NCBI RefSeq assembly: GCF_006345805.1 | Contig: NC_042997.1 | Coordinates: 106,268,001 to 106,332,000 of the forward strand | Direction: 5' to 3' | Source of the DNA: Octopus sinensis | Lineage: Eukaryota | Length of the DNA: 64,000 nucleotides | Shown: in pieces, positions 25,190 through 36,699 of the stretch | Layout of the letters: every line of letters begins with the position of its first letter | How positions within the stretch are numbered: the first letter of the stretch is position 1 | Notes under the pieces: model-generated | The model's input: only the letters and a program-made list of their open reading frames with translations | Told to the model about the DNA's origin: nothing | Databases searched by the model: none | Program-made: the position numbers and the translations under genes

Positions 25190-25690
25190 ATCTTTACCAG
25201 ATTTATTTTTAGATTTCTTGATTCTAAGGCTTGCAACGATGTTTGGAACTTTTCCTCTACATCTATGACCAATTCAGCTATGAGGACTTGATTGCCACTG
25301 TACAGGAATATCCACAGACAGCCAATCTTAAAATCCTCTTTTATAACTTGGATAACTATAATAAACAGGAGGTGGCTAAGAATCAAAATCTGATGGATTA
25401 CCTCCTTACAATTTAAATTCCATACCCAAACTTAACCTATTGCTAACTCACTGACAGCACCCATTTCATTATTCTTTTAGCTTTCACCATTCTTTTAAGC
25501 CATTCTTTTACAACAATTTTTCTTAACCCTTACTAAGAAGTGTAGAACCCTTTCAAAGGCTTTCCCGACACCAACGAAAGCTAGATATAGTGGTTTGTTC
25601 TGAGCTAAGAATCTCTCCTGTTGTTGTCGTCTCATTCAGACAAAAGCATTGGTGGTACCACATCCGGGCACAAATCTGACCAGCATTTTA
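25190..25690 (-). mobile_element. Old RTE LINE remnant, RT portion
   Basis: Degenerate peptides FVPGCGTTNAF...NKPLYLAFVGVGKAFERV and DFKIGCLWIFLYSGNQVLIAE...EEKFQTSLQALESRNLKINL align by eye with the 18812-19918 RT. Confidence 0.8.
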
Positions 25691-26154
25691 TATAAACTAA
25701 TTCTTTTTTGTGTGTGTGTTTGTACTTTGATGAATGACTTGAGGCATTGTCATTACTCTTGAGTTTCTGTGAATTCATACATCCTCAGATAACTGTTGTG
25801 AGAAAATGAAAATTATAATTATGACCATTCATGTTTCAGAATAACAGTGTTTAGAATGCATATAAATTTGCAGAAGCTAAAGTCTGACAACACCAGTAGT
25901 GAAGTTTAGTTAATTTACTTCACTACTGGTACTGAATATATTTACACCTTGGTTACCATTAATTTAAATATGTACATGTTCATTTTTCAGCAGATTTTTG
26001 TCTTTGATTTTTATCTTTACAATTTATTTCTGATTTCTGTTGTTAGTTACCAATTTGATGAAGAAGACACCATCATAGGTTCAAGACTTTAAGAAAAGTA
26101 GAGGCAATCACTCATTTTGGTATAAAATGCTTCTTTTGTTTTTGATTCTTGCAG

Positions 26155-26208
26155 AATAAAGATGGTGCTGATGATGATGATGCAAATTCCGCTGGTGGAT
26201 TTGTCACA
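26155..26208 (+). CDS. SOWAH: Internal coding exon, 54 nt: NKDGADDDDANSAGGFVT
   Basis: Long T-rich tract then ttcttgcag ending 26154; donor GTAAGT at 26209; phase 0-0; joins directly to LSDEQKVWM. Confidence 0.85.
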
Positions 26209-26389
26209 GTAAGTTATTTCAAATATCTTTTAACATTTATCTTGAGTTTTCACATCTAATTTTAGAGAATGATCTCATCTACATTCCACTTTTAAGTGAA
26301 GTAGATGTGAGAAAATATTCCTTGCCTCATCAAACCTCGGTATTTTATGTGAAAACCACTCAGTAATGCATCTAAGTTCTTGACAGGCT

Positions 26390-26982
26390 AAAACTTATTT
26401 AAAATATTTGGTGTATGGTAGAAGTATAAGCTATTACATACAAATTTTAACTCCAAAATTTTATATGGATCCTCAAGAGCCATATGGACCCTGGTTGAGA
26501 ACCACTGATCAAGAGAAATATTCAACAGAGTATTGCACTTGGTCATCTGGTGGTCATCAAGAAAACCAAGTGTAGATAAATGACTCATACTGAAAATTAG
26601 CAAGTTCAAAGTAGAATTTACCCAGCTGATAGGAATCCATCAAGGCTTAGTTCTTAACCTTTTCCTTGTTTTATTATAGCTCTTCAGGATATAGCAGAGG
26701 TTTCAACTGGCAGCTAGGGATATTTTTCTGTTTGCTCATAAACTAATTCACACATATGGCTCTTGAGGATCCATATAAAATTTTGGAGTTAAAATTTGTA
26801 TGTAATAAATTGCTTATACTTCTACAATACACCAAATATTTTAGATAAGTTTTTTTTTTTGTACAATTCCAAATAATGTTTAATTATAAAAATATTAAAC
26901 ATGGAATGGTTATGAGGATCCATCTGATTGAAACAGGAATCAAGGGGATCCAGAGGCAAAAAATGGTTAAGAATCACTGCTC
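26390..26982. mobile_element. Two oppositely oriented fragments of a MITE with CAGTGGTTCTCAACC-type (hAT-like) termini
   Basis: GGTTGAGAACCACTG at 26493-26507 and GGTTAAGAATCACTG near 26965-26979; about 100-bp inverted arms 26390-26486 and 26753-26853. Confidence 0.7.
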
Positions 26983-27251
26983 TAGATCAACAAATACAGT
27001 ACATAGATGTCCTTAGCCAAAAGCAAGCCACTGTGGTTCTTTTATTGGTGAGAAAATATCAGTAGTGACCCATTCTGTTGCAAACCTGAACTGTTTCATA
27101 TCTCAGTTAATTTTCTTTCTAAATTGTTATGCTATAACTCTTCTATTTGCATAACTTTTTTGATATCAAGAAGGAAGTGCAGTTACTCATGACCCTTTGA
27201 AAAAGTCTCTCAGGCTAATAGAAGGGAGGGTGGAAAGCATCTTAGAAATTT

Positions 27252-27285
<34 letters not shown>

Positions 27286-27429
27286 ATGAGTGTGTGAGTG
27301 AGATGAATTCTCAAAATTAAAATTTTTTTTCCACAGTTATTTGTAGTTTGTCTTAATTTTAATTTTAACTAATTACTTCATTAACTGTTTCATTTTGGTT
27401 TCTAAATTATATTTTTTTTAATTAAACAG

Positions 27430-27531
27430 CTCTCTGATGAGCAAAAAGTTTGGATGAAGCAGTCAGCTAATTGTGATTATCAAGAACTAAGTAAACTTCT
27501 ATCAAAAAATCCGTCCCTTGCTAAAGAGAGG
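27430..27531 (+). CDS. SOWAH: Internal coding exon, 102 nt: LSDEQKVWMKQSANCDYQELSKLLSKNPSLAKER (helical segment before the first canonical ankyrin motif)
   Basis: Acceptor tttttttaattaaacag ending 27429; donor GTAAGT at 27532; no stops; SOWAH-like peptide. Confidence 0.9.
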
Positions 27532-27985
27532 GTAAGTTTAACTCATTGCTTATAAACAACACAGACTCACACACTTGTATAAGTGATTTATTATGATTTA
27601 CACCATGTTAGTTATAGTTCTAACCATACAGCTGTGACGTGAAAAGGGCAACAATTTTATGCTTTTTCACCAAGCAACTAGGATTTTGATAACTTACCAT
27701 GTGGTCCTTATGCCAACATCTTAATTTACATGCATTGTTCTTTGAGAGATAGATGTAATGTTTTTCATTTCTAATGCTTTAAAGGTTAACTTTATTGAAT
27801 ATCAGACTCTATTCATTGTATGAAAGTCACATTATTTTGGCTCTTTCAATTAGCCTAGTTAAAAACACATGCCATTCAAAGTACATGTTGACACCATTGT
27901 GTGTGTGTGTGTATGTATGTATGTATATATATATATATATATACATATGTGTGTGTGTGTGTGTGTATATTTATATAGATATATA

Positions 27986-28043
<58 letters not shown>

Positions 28044-29455
28044 AGTGTGTGTGTCTTTGTGTGTCCCCGACTACTGCTCGAAAACTGATGCTGGTTTGTT
28101 TACATCCCTGTAAAAGTTCTGGGGTTGATTCATCCATTAAAGATTCTTCAAGGCGGTGCCCCAGTCTAAATGACTGAAATAGATAAAAAAATATGTGTGT
28201 TTGTGTGTATGTAAGTAGGTAGTTAAGTTTGCTTATTGGCTGAAACCAATAATGCCTACTACTTCCAGTCTCCGTATGTGAAAAAATTGTCATTTGTCAG
28301 GCTCTTCTATATAAGGAGATTGTAAGTGGGCATCGGTATTAATATTCACCTGACCAAGCTAAATGATTCCTTCACTTTACAGTATTTAATACTATTCCTT
28401 TCATTCATTACTGCTGTTACTTTCTATGTGTATGTGTGTAATTTTATTGAAATATTAAATCATTACTTTATGCTGTCTTGTAAAACCAAAACTATTCTAC
28501 CCAAGAGAACAACTGAAACTTCCCCACCGCCTTCCAAAACATAAATTGGATAAAAATAGTAACACGATACAGTAGTATCTAAGGCCTTACAAGAAACAAC
28601 TGAAAAAATAATTTGTAGATACAAACAAATTGCTTTACTAAATAGTTTATTATTATTGTTCTTCTTTAGGAATTTGGCCCTGCTACTTGTCTTTTAATTA
28701 CCCATTTCATTTACAAATCTGCTTTTCTCTAATATTGCTAGTCTTAGAAATATATTAACATATTTAAAATAGAGACCTTGCTGTTCATAAATTAATCCAC
28801 ATATAATTATTTGTAATTGTATAAAATGTACATATTCCACTAAGAGCAATTCTATTTAGAATTAATCTTTCCATACAATTTTTTTTACATTACATACTTA
28901 AAAACCTATTTTATTTTGTTGTCTAGGCTTGATCATTAATTACATGTTAACAGCTAAGCATATTAATGTTACAACAAAGCATATTAATTCAAATATAATG
29001 TTAAAGGGTAACAAAATGCAAAGAAATACATGAGATCAGGATTCACACATTATCACACATTTTTAACACTTTTCATATAATTTTTATACTTGTTCTGGAT
29101 GCCTGATTGTATTTAGACAAGTGCTTCCCTCACTTTCAGTTTTCTCTGTGGTCATTAAGATACAAGTCAATCAACTATACCACTTCCTTGCAAATTTGTG
29201 GCCCTATGTGAAAGATAGCAGGACCATTAGCAAGACTCGCAAAATGCTTAGCAGCATTTCATCTGTCTCTATGTTCTTAGTTCAAATTCCATTGAAGTTG
29301 ACTTTACCGTTCATCCTTTCAAGGTCAACAAAATAAATACCAGTTGAACACTGGGGCCAATGTAATCAAATTATCCCCTCCCCCAAAATTGCTGGTCTTG
29401 TGCTAAAATTTGAAGCCATTATTATTATTATTAGTAGTATTATTATTATTATTAT

Positions 29456-29487
<32 letters not shown>

Positions 29488-30586
29488 CAACAGGTCAATA
29501 TAGAGCTGAACAAAATGCCTTGTGGTATTAAGTTACATTTATTTACATTCTATGTTCCCTTCCAGGGTTGAATTTACTATTCACCCTTTTGGGGTTTATG
29601 AAATAAACACCAGACATATATTGAAATGGATTAATATGAATAACACTCCACCCTAAATTTGGGCTTGTGCCTAATAAGTATCCTTGCTACTATGGAAAGC
29701 AAACTCGTGCCAAGTATGCATTGCTGTTTTAATTGTATTACATTATGTAGCTTGAGATCTCACATTTCTCAATTCAAATCCCATATAATTGGTTTTGCAT
29801 TTTGTTAGTGCCTGACATAAATAAAATAAGTACTAAGGGTTGATTCAATGGATTTGCAACCCACAGATATTTTGTATTTCTGCCAATGTGATAAGGACTT
29901 TTGTACATGTACTTGAACACATGTTAAGCACTTAGCTAGCAAGTGAATACAATATCTCCGTTAACTATATTGGTGTTCAGCTATGAATGTTAGAACATTA
30001 AGTAAATGAACTATGGCTCTCTTCACTAGTTGAGTTCTAGTCTGTCACAGGCAACATGTTCTGAAGTTTTGAAACTTATTCCACACAGTAAATTAAATTT
30101 GAGAATGTAGATGTCAATGCCCAACCTGGAGACAAAATCATGCCTGCAGCATACATTGCACTTACAATCCATTTAACCTTTTCATTAGCCTATAGTATTT
30201 ATTTGAAAGGTGAACTTAGAGTAGTTGATTAATTTGAGGTGCTCATTTTATCATTAATTTTGTTATGAATTTACAGTTGTTGCAACTGATTCCATTCTAA
30301 ATGAAGTTTGATTAGAAAAACAGATTTAAAATATTAAACACTCCCTGAACTGCATTAGCAGTAATTAAAAAGTAAACAGCCATGCATTCAGCTCATTTAA
30401 TATGCTCTGATGTTTTTGTAATTAATGAAATTTCATTTTCTATTAAGCAATCTAATTATTTTTTTATCTTTCATTATGATTCCTGTTAAATTCTAGTTAT
30501 GTTTTCAAAAATCTATTGGCACACTTTCATTGTCTGTTTCTTTTTGCTTTTCTTTTTTTCTTTCATGCTACCATTTTGAAATCCAG

Positions 30587-30598
30587 AGTTTTATTAAT
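30587..30598 (+). CDS. SOWAH: 12-nt microexon AGTTTTATTAAT = Ser-Phe-Ile-Asn
   Basis: Long polypyrimidine tract about 30530-30564, TGC at 30566-30568, atccAG acceptor, donor GTAAGTAAA at 30599. Supplies the expected (D/S)F-I-x residues after the conserved Arg. Confidence 0.82.
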
Positions 30599-32229
30599 GT
30601 AAGTAAAGAAATTGTCTCCATTCTAATTATCATAATGCTTTAAAATTATTTTCCAGTCTTTTTTTTTTTGCTAATTGTTAGAAAATTAATGCATTCTACT
30701 TTGTTATATGCAATCACATGTGAAATGCAACTCCTAAATATAAATGGAAACAGATTGAAAATGTTAACCTTTAGTTTGATAAGACCCCACATTTTACAAA
30801 ACCTCATTAAGTTTGTTTGAGACCTAGAAGTGAACCTTTGTTATATTTTTAATACAATCATTTTAATCTCACTCCCTGCTGTTTTTGCCATGGTAATTAC
30901 TAAAAGTAAAATAAGGCATAAATATACAGAGAGCATTGTTTAAAAATATAACTAAAGCCTGCATATGGCCCAACCAATGCCGCTATAGAACATGTATGTT
31001 AAATGAGGATAATTTTATATATGTGCCCATATCCATTAGAGTCCAACAAACTGTCTATAAGGCTAAGCGCTTTATAGATGCAAAACCATTGGTCACTCTA
31101 TGACTGGCCATGTAATTAACTTCCTATAAATTATATATATATATATGTATGTATGTACGTACACACACACATGCACACACACACACTCATAGAGAGAGAA
31201 AGATGTGGTTGTGTGGTTAGGAAGGTTACTTTTAGGTTTAGTCTCATTGTGTGGTACCTTAAGCAAGTGTCCCTGTCATATAAGCAGTGTTATTCATTTC
31301 TAATTTTTCGTGAAAACATGCCTGGCAATGGGACAGTATTATCTTGCTTGGAAACCGGTGAGGGTAGGCAAGAGAAAGGACATCCAGCTACAAGTAATCT
31401 GCCCCAATAAACTCTGAGCCTTGTAGGCATGGAAAAGTAAACATTGAAAGAGCTTTCAGCTGTAGGAAATCTGCATCAACAAATTCAATCTAACCCAAGC
31501 GAGCACAGAAAAGTGGATGTTAAATGATGAGTTTTATAGTGATGATGATGCTGAATCGCAGTAGAAACTTAGTCAAAAGAAGCAGGTTGTACATATAGTA
31601 ATAGTCAACAATTGGTGAGCCCTAAATGACAGTCGATAAACCCAGCTCTGACTTCAACATAGGATGGCTTCCATTAGTATATATATGCTGAAATTTAATA
31701 TTTATTCTATGCAATGGTGGCATGATGATTAATAATGACACTGAAACCCAGTCTAGAGTTCAAAGACTAAAGAAAATTAGATAATAGATTGATCAAAATG
31801 ATATGAAGAATAAAGATACATGAATGAGGAGAGTAACACTTGAGAGCATTTAATTTAGTTTAGCAATAACAGATGTAAGAGATTCATTTGTATAATCAGT
31901 CTCAAGGACTTTAGAGAAGAGTTGAAAGAGATTAGCATTTAAGATGCTTTTCTAAAGCTGGAATGCCTTATGTCATTAACTGAGAAATTTTCTTGAGAGG
32001 ATAAGATTTTCTTTTGCTTTCTAGGAATCTGGAATAAAGGTAAAAACAAATTATTAAAATTGAGACTGAAATTGTGTGGCAGCGTAATTTTACATAATGT
32101 ATGTGTTATGTCAAGCCACAATTGGAAAGAGACAAATACACACACACACATGCACACACACAAGCAAGAAATACCTATCTGTCTGTAATTTTCTCGCCTC
32201 CCTCTCTCTCAGTATATATATATATATAT

Positions 32230-33218
32230 CATCATCATCGTTTAGTGTCCGTTTTCTATGCTGGCATGGGTTGGACAGTTCGACTGGGGTCAGGAAAGCC
32301 AGAAGGCTGCACCAGACTCCAGTCTGATTGGGCAGTGTTTCTACAGCTGGATGCCTTTCCTAACGCCAAGCACTCCAAGAGTCTAGTGGGTGCTTTTTAC
32401 ATGCTACCAGCACGAGAGCCAGTCAAGGCATTGCTGGCATTGGCCATGTTCAGATGGTGCTTTTTACATGGCATTGGCACAGAAGCCAGTCAGGACGAGG
32501 AGGCTGGCATCGACGATGTTCTGATGGTGCTTTTTATGTGTCACCAGCAAAGGGACCACAACTACAATTTCCATTTGATTGTAATTTGATTTCATTTGAT
32601 GTTGCTGTATTTGACTTAGTAGTTCTCCTCAAGCATGGCATGTTGCCCTATGATCCAAGGGTACTTTTGAGTTGGCTGGTTATGCGACACTGGTGTAGGT
32701 TACAGCTATGATCTCCCTTTATTTGCCAGGTCTTCTCAGTCACAGCATATCTCCAGAGGTCTCTGTCTTTCGTCATTTCCTCTGTGAGGCCCAGCATTCA
32801 AAGGTCATGCTTCACCACCTCATCCCATGTCTTGCTGGGTCTCCCTCTACCCCGGATTCCTTCCACTGTTTGGGAGTGACATTTCACACAGCTTCCCTCA
32901 TCTGTCCGTAATACTTGACCATACCAGCGCAAATGTCTTTCTTGCACACCACGTCCAATGCTTCTTATGTCCAACATTTCTTTCAGGGCGCTTACACTCT
33001 GTTTGTGTGTGCACACTGACATTACACATCCAGCGGATCATGCTAGCTTCATCTCTTTCGAGCCTATGCATGTTGTCAGCAGTCACAGTCCATGTTTCAC
33101 TGACATGAAGCATGGCAGTTCGCATACATGCATCATACAATCTATCTTTCACTCTGGGCAAGAAGCTCTTTGTCACCAGTAGGGGTAGAAGCTGTCTGAA
33201 CTTTGCCCAGGCAGTCCT
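32230..33218 (-). mobile_element. Shorter 5'-truncated copy of the same RTE family (C-terminal ORF plus 3' UTR)
   Basis: RVKDRLYDACMRTAMLHVSETW and GRGRPSKTWDEVVKHDL peptides; same 3' UTR and (CAT)n tail; flanked by (TA)n on both sides. Confidence 0.92.
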
Positions 33219-34056
33219 TATATATATATATATATATATTGTATATACAAATCACTCACAAGGCTTTGGCCCAGAAGGTACCTGCTCAAGATACCATGCA
33301 GTGGGACTGAACCTGAAAGCATATGGTTAGCAAGCAAACTTCTTAATCACACAGCTACATCTGCACATATATATATGGGTGCAAGCATGGTTTTATGGTT
33401 AAGCAGTTTGCTTCCCAATTACATGGTTCCAAGTTCAGTCCCACTACATGGTACCTTGAGCAAATGTCTTCTATAACCCTGGGCTGACTAAAACCTTTAA
33501 GGGATTTAATAGTTGGAAACTAAAAGAAGCTCGTCTTTGTGTGTGTGTTCTTATCTTGACACCACCTGATAGTTGTACATGTGTGTCACTATCACACAAG
33601 AAATGTTATTCATTTCCAATCTTCTGCTAAAACATGTTAGGTCATGGGGAAATAACCTTGCTTGGAAATAGATGAGGATTGATGACAAGAAGTTGCATCT
33701 GGCCATAGAAAATCTTCCCTGATAAACTCCATCCATCAAGTTTTTTCTCACAGAGCACTAGTTAATTCTAGAATATAACAGAGGACACTTAGCCAAGTGG
33801 AAACCATGGAAATCACATAGAAACCATGCTTTTTGTGTTGACTATTATAGTATTCAGAGGGATAGAACATTGAGTGCTTAGTCAATATACATTGCTTTGT
33901 ATCAATATCACAATGTGTATATGTGCTTGTGTATATTTATTTGTTTAGCTGTAAGAGAAGCTGAAGATCAGTCAAAATTTGTAATATATGTATAATGTCG
34001 TTTTTCTTTCATATTTTGGTATTACTGTTGAATTTCTGAATTTGGAATCACTTCAG

Positions 34057-34059
34057 GGT
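34057..34059 (+). CDS. SOWAH: 3-nt microexon GGT = Gly
   Basis: cacttcAG-GGT-GTAAGTAAA at 34049-34068 with a pyrimidine tract at about 34001-34017. Provides the Gly of the ankyrin G-x-T-A-L-H motif, in the correct order. Confidence 0.72.
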
Positions 34060-35961
34060 GTAAGTAAATTTTCTTTTCTCATTGTTAAAAAAAGATATGC
34101 AAATCTTTGAAATAACTCTTTATATTAAAAGCCTCCCTGTTATAATGTATTTGGGTCAGTTGTTGGCAGTAGGAAAGAATAATACTGAAGCCAATTAATT
34201 TGCATTCTGTCTGAAAGTTGTATCAATAAGAAGCCATTGTAATAAGCTTAGTGTTCCTGTATGACAAAGCTCTCATTTATCAATTAATCTTTTTCTATTC
34301 ACAACAAAATGTGTTTCTACTAGAACCAACAACATTCTCAGAAATTATTGGAAAATGTTGAGTACAAATGTTTATCTCATGCATGGAGATGTTCTAGGAT
34401 TTGATCTAGTGTTTTAGAGTTATTTGATTAAAACTGATTGGCATGGGGGTTAGTTTCCGAAGCAGTTTTTACAAATCTGGAAAATATAGTTTTCTTTTTG
34501 TAATTGAATAATGAAAATAGAAATAAAGTTTTCAAAAATCATTTTGTTACTCTTTAAACTTTAGTTGCAATTACTCCCTGTCTACTTATCCAGACATAGT
34601 TCTTTTCTGCTGATTGGGGCTGCTAAAATACATATGGGACTTAAATATGCTTTAGTGGGGTTGAAACTGTTGTCAGTGCACAAACAAGATCACCATTACT
34701 GTGCCCAGTGGTAAGCTGGCAAAATCATTTGCATGCTGGACAAATTTTGCCAAGGTCAACTTTGCCTTATATCCATTTGGAGGTCGATTAAATGAGCACC
34801 AGTTGAGCTCTGGGTCAAAGTAATTGACTAGCCTTATCCTCCCAAATTGCTGGTAAAAAAATTACTGTGCCCAACAAAGGCATAACATTTTCACTCTACT
34901 TTGTTTATTTCTTTGATGATTGAATTTTTCTGCTAAATTGTGATGTAGCTTCATCAATGCTGAGAAGAGTAAACTTGTCATACAATTTTTGAAATTTTGC
35001 TTTTCAGTTGCTCAGTCTGTTCATCCATGCTAGTGAAGCTTCTTTCCCACATCTTGCTCATGACTTGTTAAGTGTTAAGGTTAGAGTTATGGATTAAGAT
35101 AAACATGCATTGTCCATTTCGAAATGATATTTACTGTTATGATTATTTTAAAAGACATCATCATTGCAGGTGGAACCACTTCATACGAGTGTCATCTCTT
35201 GTGTTCTTAGGAATATTATATTTCAAGAAAGTTTCTTATTAGAATATAGTATATATTACATAGTGTTTTGTTGTGTGAAGCGCAGCATATCACTATATGT
35301 ATTTTGCATTGTATGCCTCAGCCTTTTTGCTATTGCATTGGTTGGAGATGATCTTTTTATTAATAGTTATATATTAGTTTAGTACATTAAGTGACAAAGT
35401 GAAGATAGCCACTCAATATGAGTTTGAAACATGAAAAAAAGCAGTATGATGCTGAAGAAATTGTAGGCTTTTATATGCATGTGTTTTGCAGATGTGGTGG
35501 CCGGTGGCCAAACACAGCAGTAACTATGACCTGTAGTCAAAATTGAATAGAAGTCTGTAAAAGATAAAATGATATTAAAGCTGGATTCATTCATTAAGCA
35601 CTGCAGTCTTGCATCACAAAGTTGTTCTTAACCTAGCATTCTTCAAGATATGTGAATCAAAGGACAGTTAAGAAATGCTTAAGATTAGTTACACATAGCA
35701 AGCCTAAATTAAGTATCACTGGGCAGGCCCTTCTGACTTAGCAGCCCTGAGACTATAGAAAAGAGTGCAGTAAAGGACATTTGATGTTAATATCTTGAGG
35801 CAGATATCAGCCGAAAAGAAAACCCCTAAAACAGAAACCTTAGAAAGCCCTAGATGTTTGGAAAATATTTTATCAGCGACCTATGCTCTCAGAGACGATG
35901 TGATTAATAACACCCTAACTAAGAAATAAAATGAAACCTATTATTCAGTAAAAGAAATTAA

Positions 35962-36462
35962 CCCTTTAGCATTCATACTACTCTGTCAACTGTATTACTG
36001 GCACTCCATCAATTACAATGACAAGGGTTCCAGTCATTCCGATCAAGGAAACAGCCTGCTTGTGAAATTAACGTGCAAGTAACTGAGCACTCTACAGACA
36101 CAGTGTGTGACAAGGCTGGACCTTTGAAATACAGGTATTACTCATTTTTGTCAGCTGAGTAGACTGGAGCAAAGTGAAATAAAGTGTCTTGCTCAAGGGC
36201 ACAATGTGTCACTGGGAATTGAACTCATGACTTTGCAATCATGAACCAAATACCCTAACCACTAAGCCACACACCTTCACTGTGTGTGTCAACTATAATG
36301 CTCGGTTATTCACATTGTTTTGTGGTTTTGAGATTTCAGTGATGTGATTGTTTATTTTACAATGACATTGTAGAGTAGGTGTAAGAGGTTGGATACAACC
36401 AGTTTGAACATTAAATGGGTGAAATATTTTGGCCGGATATGACAGGTTTAAATGTTAAAGGG
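35962..36462. mobile_element. piggyBac-type MITE interrupted by a minus-strand SINE (about 35995-36290)
   Basis: TTAA|CCCTTTAGCATT start and TTAAAGGG|TCAA end; same internal sequence as 10582-10804 in the opposite orientation. Confidence 0.7.
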
Positions 36463-36696
36463 TCAATGTGCCTAATAACATTTTGTATCTGACATAGTTT
36501 GAGCTTATGCTCTATGATATTTGTAATCTTAATATATTTAGTTTAACATAAATTTATGTCTGTATGCATGCATATATATGTTTGTTAACTTTTTAATGTA
36601 TTTCATACTTTTTTCACTACTCTCTTTCCCTATTTTTTTTTATGACTTGCTAATTTATCCTGGAACTCTGAATATTTATTTGGTTTCCTCAAACAG

Positions 36697-36699
36697 TAT
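36697..36699 (+). CDS. SOWAH: 3-nt microexon TAT = Tyr
   Basis: tttggtttcctcaaacAG-TAT-GTAAGTAAA; branch-point-like CTAAT at 36650-36654; upstream pyrimidine tract about 36601-36641. Provides the aromatic residue of G-[YF]-T-A-L-H. Confidence 0.72.

Noticed and set aside
28319-28321. AG-ATT-GTAAGT, a further 3-nt microexon-like pattern (or a 21-nt exon from 28301)
   Set aside because: No pyrimidine tract directly before the AG (TATATAAGGAG), and an extra Ile or ALLYKEI between KER and SFIN does not fit the SOWAH alignment. Worth a glance only if junction reads appear.
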